Assembly (NCBI GenBank): GCA_000934665.2
Contig: KZ538889.1
Location: forward strand, 1 to 41,949
Length of the DNA: 41,949 bases
Source of the DNA: Catajapyx aquilonaris
Lineage: Eukaryota
Direction of reading: 5' to 3'
How positions within the stretch are numbered: position 1 is the stretch's first letter; each line of letters begins with the position of its first letter. The notes under the pieces were generated by a model. The model was given only the letters and a program-made list of their open reading frames with translations. It was not told where the DNA came from and made no database searches. Positions 11,995 to 22,979 of this stretch are shown here, in pieces. Both the position numbers and the translations under genes were made by a program.

Positions 11995-12022
11995 TAGCTA
12001 TCATAATAGGTAGTTATTTTCT

Positions 12023-12260
12023 CTTTTGACGTGAATGTGTCTAAAATCCGATCAGGAACGAAAAAGCGTTACAGTCAGGGCCCCTCCGGGGGCCCCATGG
12101 CTGGGGCAAGCAGGGAAACTCGAGGGGCCCCGGCAATGGTGGGGGCATGCAGGGTGCTTAGGGTCACCATGTATGTGTCCAGACTTCAATACTGATAATA
12201 AACAATCAATTCACTCCCCCCAATACTGATCCTATTTTAGAGACTTATTCACGTCAAAAG
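12023..12260. mobile_element. ~240-bp MITE with GC-rich core
   Basis: Imperfect ~35-bp TIRs CTTTTGACGTGAAT..CTAAAAT..GATCAG / CTGATC..ATTTTAG..ATTCACGTCAAAAG. Absent from copy B intron 4. Confidence 0.75.
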
Positions 12261-13302
12261 CTGCTTGTGTTCCCGACACAACACACAACCTAATGTAAAT
12301 TTTTTTCCTTTTGTCAAATGAATTAAACCTGTAGGTACAGTATAGTTATTATAGCACACACATATTCAATGAGGTTATCTAATGATATCTAAGATATGAG
12401 TACCACTCTTACATCATTTGTGGCTTTATTTTTAAACAAATGCTGCTCTATGGTGTGTAGGTAATTCTATACTTTTGCAGGACACACACTGGTCACATTT
12501 CGTAATATTTTTCTTCTTTTGCAAGACCGAAGAAAAGAAACCCGCTGGTCCACCTGCTGTGGAGGATAAGCGAGCCCCAGGTGGAAAGTACGTGCCACCA
12601 AGCATGCGGGATGGAGGCAATCGACGAGGCGAGAGCATGCAGCTGAGCCGCAGGGGTGATGAGACTGCGGCCATCCGAGTCAAAAATCTGTCGGAGATCA
12701 CACAAGAGGAGGATCTGGAGGAGTTGTTCAAGCCATTTGGTCGCATCGCCTGCATGTTATTGCCAAAGGACAAGGCAACTAGCTTGTGCAAGGGCTTTGC
12801 TTTCATCAACTTCTCCAGAAAAGAAGACGCAGCAAAGGCAATTGCAACCCTGGATGGTTTTGGATATGACCATCGTATATTGAGCGTTAAATGGTCCAAG
12901 TGAGTACATGCGGAAGTCTACTGTCCATTCTGACACTGATACAATTTTTAATTTTTACAATTAGCATGCACAGTGGAATGCAGCCATAACTTCTGTGCAG
13001 AACTTAGAATAAAATTGTGTGCTCTATTGTAACTGGTATTAAAAGGTTCTACCCTGATGTTGGTGGTCTTCAGTTAAATTATTTAAATCCAAAAGTAGTT
13101 CGTGGCAAAAATCCTTAGATGAATGTCCAGTACTTAGACAATACCTAGGGTCCAGTATTTGGTGATGCACTAGAGCAGTTTTTACAAACAGCATGTGTTA
13201 CATTAGGTACAGTTTCGCTTAAGAGGCAGGTCAGTTTTGAGTACAACTGAGAGTCATTGCAACAGAGTCTGAAGTTTCATTATGCATTGATTTTTAACAT
13301 TA

Positions 13303-14533
13303 CCGTCAAGCGGGGTTACTTAAGCCACTTTTCAATTTCAGACATTTGCCAATTCAAGAGCATTGACTTTAGAGATTAACTAATTGTTGTAAAACATGGG
13401 TCTACAGTTACGGTCGACGTATACATGGATGAAAGTTTCCTACAACATGTATGATAAAAACAAAAACAAAAAAAGGGGTGGCTTAAGTTACCCCCTGATA
13501 GGGGGTTACTTAAGCCAGCAGGAAGAATTCAGTGTTTCGCTTATGTTAGACGATGACACGGTAACAAAGTCCGTTCCCAGGGCGAAAATAAACATTTGCA
13601 TATTGCTCCAGAAATTTATTGTTCAAAATTTCAGTTCATATAAGGGAAAGTATGGCGGCCTCGCTTTATGCTCACCGGCTGTACAGAACAAACAATATTT
13701 CTGATATGTGAACATACATTTCATCATCAACAATGCTCCCAACTAGGCAACTACTAGGGCTGTGCGATATCCGAAAAATATCGAATCGAAGTCGATATAT
13801 CGAAAATTGAAAAACCGACATCGAAAACCGACATCGCAAAATATCGCAAACCGACATCGAACCGACATCGAAAAATATCGCAAATCGACATCGAACCGAC
13901 ATCGAAAAATATCGAAAACCGACATCGAACCGACGTCGAAAAATATCGCAAACCGACATCGTGATATTCGATACATCGCACACGCCAAGCGTCGGATATC
14001 GCAACTTCGATATTAGGAAAATATCGTATCGACAGTCGATGTTTCGAAATATCGCACAGCCCTACTCCTGACCCCCAGAAGCTAATCCCCCCACTTCCTG
14101 CCAGGCTTGGAACTACTTGGCCAGGTGGCCTATGTCACCCCCTACATGACGCAACAATTAATTTTTAAGTATATATTGACACCAAAATGGAAATTTAACC
14201 AATGCAGTATACCTACCTTAAAAGGACTGTTTCAGGTTATGTTTCATCACCTTTATAGCGAATTAAATTCAAACAGAAGATGTTGGCGATGAAAGTTACG
14301 TAGGGTATAAATTTATGATGCAATTATCTTAAACATAATTAAGACTTTACAAAGTTACCTATGACACAAACACAATATTCAAATATGCAGTCCAAAACTG
14401 CACTTAAATATGGAACTTATGTCATAAAAAATAACATTTCAACTCAAAACAGTGTTGCCAAAATCAGTGTCCGAAATTTACGCAGCAAAATGGCTTAAGT
14501 TACCCGCCCGGCCTAAGTAACCCCGCTTGACGG
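13303..14533. mobile_element. Tc1/mariner-superfamily (pogo-like) non-autonomous element carrying a nested insertion
   Basis: Perfect 20-bp TIR CCGTCAAGCGGGGTTACTTA / TAAGTAACCCCGCTTGACGG with TA on both sides. TIR sub-repeats at ~13480-13516 and ~14492-14505. No transposase ORF seen. Confidence 0.85.
13755..14064. mobile_element. hAT-like MITE with internal AACCGACATCG minisatellite, nested
   Basis: TIRs TAGGGCTGTGCGATAT / ATATCGCACAGCCCTA; repeated CCGACATCG and AAAATATCG. No 8-bp target duplication recognisable. Confidence 0.8.
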
Positions 14534-14848
14534 TACCTTAAACACCTGGTGCACATTTGTAATGGACTGTATCGGTCTGTATTTACTTGCATGCTGAGAA
14601 GTTTCCAACTCCCTCGTCGTAAAATTTCAGTGACTCCTCAGTGGGAATTTAGTAACATGACAGCAATACGATGTTCCCTCATACATCTCCTGCACTCCAG
14701 TCTTGCATAACAGGATTATGGAACTGTATGGACAATGCACTGTACATCCACACGCCGTGTAGCAGTTTTGTTGTTTGTTTTAGGAGCAAATGCAACTAAA
14801 GCAGTGAGGCTAAACTGCTAAACAGCATGTGGATGTACGATTAACGTA

Positions 14849-15043
14849 CTATTAACCTCAAAAGTAATGTCACACTGTTATGTGATGGCGTCCGCGACTT
14901 GTTGTTTAGTATGGGTTGTGTCTTTGGGTTGTGTATTCCGGATTATTGCGAAATTAACATCTGTAACTCGGCAATGCCCATGCTAAACAACAAGTCACAG
15001 ACGCCATCACATAACAATGCGACATTACTTTTGCGGTTAATAC
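14849..15043. mobile_element. ~195-bp hairpin MITE flanked by TA
   Basis: Arms of ~65 bp: TATTAACCTCAAAAGTAATGTC..TTGTTGTTTAGTATGGG / CCCATGCTAAACAACAA..GACATTACTTTTGCGGTTAATA. Confidence 0.8.
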
Positions 15044-17032
15044 TACAGTGGATCCTCTTGATTTTTCTGTGTCTAACTGTCCTTATAGTTTTCTAACATG
15101 AATTTTGTAAAAATAATGTATACAGTAATGTTCGGGGGGGGGNNNNNNNNGGGGGGGGGGAAGTAACATGGTACTTGTGGAGAATGCAAGACTCGTAACT
15201 AGTATGGTCAATTGCTGCCCACACTTGCAGATTACTTCAGGCATCCATGACAGTATTCAGCTTCACAACTTAAAACTAATAACACTTAAATCTTAACTTA
15301 TTTAAATTTAGAAATGCTTAATACAAGTAATACGGTCTGCGACCGTATCTGACGCACTAGATTGGTCACTTTTAAGCAAAGTGATCCTTAAAAATAATGT
15401 TTTAACGTAAATCTGACATGGCAGAGTAAATCAACTTTAACTATGTGCATTACATTATTTATCATCATCGCATCGCTCACAGGTCAGCGGGTCACTGTGA
15501 GTGGTCATGTATGGCCATTTGAGCAGTAAGGTCATGTGGCTGGGTCACCAGATGGTAAAAGCCAAGCCATATGTACTGCATATGTAGGTCTCATCTAGTC
15601 ATCAGCAATGACACTTTTGTTTATGTCGCTTAAATGTCGGGTTGTCGGGATTTGATGGCCGACAGCCTGTTTTTAAAAATGACACCTGCCCTCACTAATT
15701 GATCAGCCTGTGTGGCTGGTGTTAATCGAAATGCAACCTTGGATGTGACAGTTAAAAACAGCCCAATGCTATGTGTTGTGAACTTATACATTGGATTAGT
15801 TTTGCAAGCCTCAAACTGGTTTTAGGCCATGTTTACAACTGACACGTGTGCTTTAAACTTTAGAAGGAGATTTTTTCTTGTAGTGCCAACAATAACAATT
15901 TTATGGTTTGTAGATAGTTATTGCTCGCGTTATCAGAATAGGAACAACCAAGCCCTTGTTTTCGGCAGTTCACAGTTAATATAAACAGAGTGGGGGCCTG
16001 CACTGATCAAAGGCCAGGTCTTTCAAAATTAGCTGTAGATAAGAGGGAAAAGTTATGGATTGTTCACTCCAGCTATACCCAGAAAAGTCACAAGCACGAT
16101 AAAGGACTAATGTGGTCCTGATTGTTGCAATGAGAGCAATGAAAATAATGAACAGTCTAAGTTTTTTTTCCCACTTTCCGGACTGTGTGCCCAGCACAAT
16201 TTTTGCAGCCTGAAAAATGACATTATCACTATTGTTATTGCAGATTATTGTTAAAACAGTGACGTCATTTTGACCTTAATGATTGGACTTCGAGCTGCTT
16301 AAAATTGAAGGCTTGATTGGAGAAAAAGTCGCATTTGGTCAATATTGAGCATTGCGTGGAATAAACGACTTCCAAATGATATCACTAATTGAAGTCAATA
16401 ACCCACAATCACAATTGTGAAGTCAATTTGGTCTCAAAAAGTTGACGTTGTTATCCGTTACTCTTTGGTCATTTTGAAATGTAGGCTAATGTTGAGTGAA
16501 CAATTTGTGCTTGCAACTTATATGCCTACTTGAGTCACCTTGTGAAAATGTTTGTCTTTTATCCTACCAGGTGTGAAACGACGAAAAAGCGCAACATCGT
16601 TTTAAAAATTAAAGTTACTGTAATTTCATCAACTAGTTTTTTTTACAACATAACTGATGATGAATTACTGTATTTTCACCCCATCTGTTTCTCTAATATG
16701 TATTTCAGGGTACTAAAAAAAAGGTAAGTGCATGAATATTCAAGAAAAACCAGACAGGCTATTCCGTGTGCTCTTAAAATCTACTCCGGCTTTTTTTAAG
16801 TTAAAAAAAAAACGTAAGCGCTTTTTTCGCCCCATGAAAAAGCTGCTCCGTCAATAGCCCTTAGGCATAATAAGGAAGAAGCTTGCTTATGTTTATCGCA
16901 AGAGTGGTAAACTGCTGAAACTTTTCAATAATTTTGCCTTTGGATTCACCCTTGCCCAATTTCACTAACATTTACTAGTTTAAGCCATTAATAAATTAAA
17001 TTGAACCCAAGCGGCAGTCAGCATTGACGGTC

Positions 17033-17139
17033 GTTTGTCCCGGGTGAATCATCATCTCAATTCGGCCATCTATGCGAGTGGTAGTGGTACTACATGGACG
17101 CAGGTTGGTGGTGGTGTTGCTGACTCACCCCGGACAAAC
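17033..17139. repeat. short inverted repeat (MITE-like); a third arm copy lies at 18109-18130
   Basis: GTTTGTCCCGGGTGAATCA / TGACTCACCCCGGACAAAC. Confidence 0.6.
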
Positions 17140-17787
17140 TGCTTATAAATTTTGCCAAAGGGTTCACCAAATAAATGCATGAATTATTCCCAAAGTAACT
17201 GGTTAAAATAAGCAGCTTAGTGTCAAAAAATCGACAACATATGCAGACATTTTTAAATTATTGTAACACCTTGTGTAGGCTATACTAACAAGCCAAAAAC
17301 ATCAGCCTTTTCAGAATCCCCTCTGTATAGACTCACATCACACAGAGGCCAGGCCAGTGCAACGCCCCGTCCCAAAAATACGATTAACAATTATTACATT
17401 TTATATTAATTGCATTATATACGCAGTTGCAGTTTGGAAAGTTCGACCTATACTATTGCACGGTGCTGGGGGGCCTGAAAATGAGGTTTTTGGCCTAATC
17501 GAATTGGCGTTTGTTGCGGAGTGAATCCCACACCGGTTTGGGGTGGCCGCATGTCCACGCTTCCTATCGACCAAAGTCACACTCTGGCCCAGTAACATGA
17601 TGCAAGCTATGTAACAATGATAATGCTCGTGGTGTTCATTTACCAGGTGGGTTGAATGTGCAGCAGGTATCAAAGAGAGTCGGTGAACTGTGTACAGGCT
17701 CTGCAAAAGTTTCAGTTCAAGTTAGTACCACAGATGGCGCTTCCATCCTCTCTGCACAGTGCTGCTAATGTGAGTGTCGTGCGGGGG

Positions 17788-18099
17788 TATTATGCGATTC
17801 ACGAGGCCTGGCCTGTTAGGCTCCACCCACCTCCTCCCAACGTCAGAGGCGGAAGAAATCAGGCCTGGAATGCTCGTGATTCTCGCGAGTAGAAGCCATT
17901 GGTGCGGGGTTCGGTCTCAACAAGGAATAGGTGGTTCGTCGTATTTCCAGGCCTGNNNATCCACTGCTGCCAAGTGCTCTCCCCCATCCTCCTGGCAGGC
18001 GTGTGAGGCCATGGCGGACGCGGACGCGGCAACCTCGCCTTCAGAGGGTGGAGGACGGGGGAGGAGCCTAACAGGCCAGGACTCGTGAATCGCATAATA
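17788..18099. mobile_element. ~310-bp MITE
   Basis: 37-bp TIRs TATTATGCGATTCACGAGGCCTGGCCTGTTAGGCTCC / GGAGCCTAACAGGCCAGGACTCGTGAATCGCATAATA with one mismatch; the outer TA may be the target duplication. Confidence 0.8.
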
Positions 18100-18941
18100 G
18101 CTGAACACAGATGATGACTCACCCCGGACAGAGGCACACACCCAAGCTATTTCTACATATGTGATTTACTGCACAGCGTAACTTCTGCCTGCACAGATTT
18201 GATGCTGACTGAATAGCAGTCTTTCATGTCCTGACCTTTTTTTAAAATATATCCCCCCTTTGACACTCATAACCCACTAGTGTAATCATTGGCACGAATT
18301 GAACCCGAGCACTGCAGTGGCCAACAAGTATGCTCTCATTAAACCTAACGGGCCTATTAGCAGTGACTGTACGAGGCTAACTGCTTAACTAAAAGCAGAT
18401 TAATGCCAAAAAAAAATGTGACCAACTCATGACACTATTCAGTTGAAACATTTTCTGTGAAACACTGCACAGCACAGCATCCCCCCGAGTTGCCGCTTCA
18501 CTCAAACAGAACGGCGGTTCGCACTTGGCTAATATCCTACGCCCGGTTTTGAAAAGGAAATAATCCTATTAAAATACGCAATCCAGTGGCGATACAGTAT
18601 AACTACATGAATTTTGCAAAACACGGTTTTACCTCCGGCTCGCGGGGGCCTGACTATAATGCGAGCAACATGTGACAAGCAGGGGATGCGTGGCCTGAAG
18701 CGGGAGTACTCTAATAACACCCCCGGATTAACCTGCAACTAATGAGTAATTAGGCCAACATGCACAAGACATGCGATGGGGACAAAGAGGGGAGGGAGGA
18801 GGGGGGAGGGGGAGATGTTGTAATGCTCTTAATCCGTCTTTCCTTTCTCGCTTTTGAGGCTCCAAATTGCGGGACTCTCAAGGGGACAGGTAGTAAAATG
18901 GCATAATTCTGTGCCTGTCCCGGACACTGAGTCGCGAGGGA

Positions 18942-19026
18942 CACTGCGCATCAAATCTACACACTCAGCCTATACTGCGCATCAAATCTGCGCACCTAGC
19001 CTACTGCGCATCCGTTCGGCGCATCC
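18942..19026. repeat. degenerate short tandem repeat (ACTGCGCATC x3)
   Basis: ACTGCGCATCAAATCT twice, ACTGCGCATCC once, spaced ~30 bp apart. Confidence 0.6.
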
Positions 19027-22000
19027 ACACGGTGGTCGCCATTTTTTTTGATCCAAAAGTTCTCATTCACACGTGGGCGAGACAAAAGTTGACAAAGTGA
19101 CCCCGTTCTGAGGGCGGGGGCGTGTAGCATAGCTTTTCGATATGTGCCCCGTCCCATTTGGCCATGCCGAGCACGGCGGGCCCTGTTCAAGTCGTTAATC
19201 TGACGTTCATAGAATTTTCGGTGGAATGGAATCTCGTTTTACAGTAAGATAGATGGGGAGCGGGGCTAAGGGAGAAAACGCGCGACACACAAAACACATT
19301 ACTCCGGGCCGGATTATCGGGGATCAAATCCGAACTTTGCTGGAATATAGAACTGGTTTCAGTGGGAGGAGGGGGAGGGCCTGGGCCGGATTGCGATTTC
19401 TGGCCTAATGCTTCTAATGGACCTGCAAGGAAATGTTATGGCCACGGACCGAAACTGAATTTTGTCTAATTAATGCGAAAGGTAGGGAAAAGGGCGTAGT
19501 GTTTCGGGTTCAAAATAGTGCCAAGTGGTGTTCACACGGGGCCTGGTTATTGTCCGGTTGGCAGGGGCTGGACAGCTTGACCGGTGGTTATCGGGCACGT
19601 CGGGAACCAACTTTTGACGGCTGCCTTAATGACGAACCTGCGGTTAAAACTGTCTCTCTTCACGCTAGGTGGGTTTTAAATGCCCGTTTTATGCTGGGTT
19701 ACGTGAGTTCGTGCATAGACAGCTTCATTTCATTAAGAGCGGGTTGATCAACACAAATTGTGTGGACAGCTCGTAATCGGAGATTTTCTTAGGCGACAAA
19801 TGAATTAGAGGCACGCGTCTCAACAAATCACGTATTTATTAAATGAACTTCTGGCGAGTCGTGTACCGCACATTAAATTTTGGAGACATTTCCCACCCAG
19901 ACTTTATTATGACTTATTGTCTTACAGTATATGTAGGCATAATCCTCTTAATTCACATTGGGCTAATTTCCGTTTGAAATTTGTCAATTTGAGTAGACTT
20001 GACATGTTTAATATTTTCTAATTCTATAGAAAATATAATGAAACGTAAAGAAATGTCATGTTAAATTTAGTACTAATGGGTTGTCTGTCCCTATCATGTG
20101 CATCATCTATAATGTGGGTGTAAGAAGAGAACATAGCAATAACCGGACATTATTAATTTCTCGGCCTTAATTTTAGTTGACAAAATCTGAAATCAAGAAT
20201 GACCAGTCACATTTTGATATAAATTGAGTTAGGCATTTTAAATACGGACCTCTATGATTAGACTATAGGCCTATAGGCTACTTTCAGGTGGTCAGGTTCA
20301 GGGACAAAGAAATTACAGTCGTGTAGATGTTGCGAACAAATTAAATACCGATTCAACTTCGAACCTTCATATATCGGAAATCAGTGAAATATGACTTTTA
20401 TTGTTCTGAATGTCATATTTTCATGCATATAGTACGCGTGCATTATTGCGTGATACTGTGTACAGTATTTATTGTTGGGATCCCTGTTGCACCGACAATG
20501 TTGCTCGTTTATGAGCGGAATATTGACATGAATGCATGTTATTCTACATGCGTAATGCAGCTGATGATGAGCAAACTGAAAACATTTTCCTAATTTTCCG
20601 AGCCCGGCCGATCGAATTCGGACTCACAATGGCGGCTAATATCCATTGTTCTGTGCATCAGGGCTTTCTAAATACCTTGATTAGCTAGAAAATCGTTCAT
20701 TACTCTGGTAAATAACGCCGCTGTCATCACATAACACTTTGTTATCTTGGACTATTAATTTGCAGTGTTTTATGCTAATTAAATTTTCACTTCCGCTCAA
20801 CGTGTCAGCAGCGTCGGAACAATTATTGCAGCTAGTCTAAAGGGGAGGGGGGGGGGAGGGGAAGTTGTTTGTTGCCATACAAATAATTAGTGCCGGGCAT
20901 TGATTTTTAATGCATGATTCGACCCGATCATATTGATTCAAGTATGTCATATGAGGCTGAGGATATGTTGAAATTGCATGTTTATTAGCGTCAAATGATA
21001 TTAGCTATGTTCGGTTGACCCCAACTTGAAGAGCAAAAAGCCATGATGTGATGCAAGGGAAATTCGATGCTGTCATTGTTTCAATTTTTAAGCGAAAAAA
21101 AGGACATGTAAAAATGGGGACGATTATTACAGTGTTATTAATGCAAGGCTCGTTGTGTATGTAGTGAGGCTGATCATTTTTTAAATTAATGCGGGTCATT
21201 TCGGAGGTGAATAATTTTGTTAGGGATGATGTAAAATGTATAGGACATGGAGTATTGGAGTGGGGGGGGGGGGTATCCCAATCTCTAGCGTATGGAGGGG
21301 TTAATGGTAATGTAAGCATCTCTGCGTATTACACTGAGTAGCCGGACAGCATGGGGCTAAAACACTGCATTTTGAAAGCTCTCAAAAATTAACGTCAATA
21401 TGCCAGGTTATTTTATCACAATAAAAGAAGCCCTAAACAATGTTCAGGGAATGATAGCTTTAATTAATGCTCCGCTGTTGCCAGGCGCAAAAATAAAATA
21501 ATGAAGCTATAGGCAGGAAGAGAGAGGCGCTTTGTATATTGCTCGGTAAAATGTTGTTATTGCAAGCGGAAATGTTTTTTTGGGAGGCTGCAATTGCATC
21601 GTTTGTGCAAACCAGAAAGGCGGAAAATTTTAGGCCTGCAATTATAACTTCAACGCTCTGGTAATAATAATAATAATTGGAGGGATGATGTTTGGTGTGT
21701 GTGCCTTACACATGATAAAACGCAATTGAGCAGAGTGCACATTGTAAAGCACCGCCTGTAAACAAAAGCAGGCATTTACAGGGTGTCTCGAATGAATGTA
21801 CGTTTTTAAAAGTATAAATTTGAGCAGTTTTATGTGTGCCTTTTAGGCAGTTATGTAGATATTCGCACTATAATGCCCCATTGTCCGATCGCTTTAATAT
21901 AAATTATTTGATAAACTACTGCGCTGTACTTCTGTTTTAATTATCACAAAATGACACTGATCAACTTTTTCGCTGTCATGAAATGACTTTTTCCAAATCA

Positions 22001-22836
22001 ATTTGCAACATGTGCGAATTTTTGGGCCAAATTAGCAGAATTTCATTCGAATTTGTGTGAGTGTACTGTACGTGCTATCAATGGCGGGACCGGCTTTTCC
22101 AGTCTGTTACAGCCTCGGCTGTTATATCCGGAGTCAACTGTTCAAAAAATTCAAAAAAAATGAAGTTCTTAGGTTTTCCTTTAGCGCTACAGTAATCGTG
22201 CGTTCCGGCAAGGTGTTCAGTTATCGGTGCTGTCCCACGCACAATTTCCCATCAGCTTATTCGACAGCGCCCATAGATCGTGGGTCCAATTGGCCCTGGC
22301 CCATTCCGACGTGCGCGATCGCCGCACGCGTGGAATGCAGTCTAATCTGTCCCAGAGTGTACGTGGTTTCGGTTTTTTGGGGGGACCGTAGAGAGGGTTG
22401 CAGGTGGGCTGCTTGCTTCCTGCCCCTTTAGATATGATGATGGTGTGGGGTGGAAGGGGGGACCTTGATACATGTGCGCCTGTGCCGCGCTGTTTTCCAG
22501 CTAGAGTTTGGCCCCCCATCCCACAGATGCCGGGGCGGTCGAATCGGCCTCCAGTTGGTCGGGGGTAGCCAGCCACGCTCTGTAGGCGGGCGTCTGTCCA
22601 TCTTCGGCATCTGTCATGGTGGTTGTGAAGTGTGACGCTCGCGCCCAATTGGTCCCGATCGCGTCCGACACGTTCCGGTGAGGAGTTTCCACCAGAATAC
22701 ATCCAGATCTACACATAACACACTTTGTCAATCCCCCAAACCCACACTTTTTTTTGAGTTTTCAAACTCCATCCAAACAACGTTTTGGTGCTTTTTTTTG
22801 TTTATTTATTTTTGTGTTTACGTTCCGGCTCGTCCG

Positions 22837-22979
22837 ATGTGTCCCAAAAGTGCAGTCCAGATGTCCACCATGGCGTGTTACATACTGTTCTTGGTGCTGA
22901 TGTTCGTCTTAGAGACACTGCCACAAGAGCTGGTGTGCATGCGGCTTCCGGATATTTACTGGAACTCGTCCAATCCTAT
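22837..22979 (+). CDS. Ephrin: ephrin (Eph receptor ligand), first coding exon; later exons not found in window
   Basis: MCPKSAVQMSTMACYILFLVLMFVLETLPQELVCMRLPDIYWNSSNP-AT|GTGAGT: hydrophobic signal peptide then the ephrin [VI]YWNSSN motif, ending at a consensus phase-2 donor. In-frame ATGs at 22837, 22861 and 22870 (CCACCATGG). Confidence 0.85.

Larger units (their letters stand above)
7550..13216 (+). pseudogene. eIF3g: eIF3g copy C: 5'-truncated duplicate of copy B (exon remnants 7664-7930, 8418-8575, 12526-12899, ~12965-12990)
   Basis: Exons, introns and 3' flank align to B 5055-7390, with no exon 1/2. 2-nt deletion at ~7905 gives a spliced premature TAA at ~8444; 1-nt deletion at ~8449; knuckle HWT changed to HSH; last acceptor disrupted. 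Confidence 0.9.

Noticed and set aside
13672..14016. Overlapping repetitive ORFs
   Set aside because: Translations of the MITE minisatellite.
20618..20640. Minus-strand GCCGCCATT|GTGAGT as the first exon of a divergent transcript
   Set aside because: Single motif with no supporting downstream exon.
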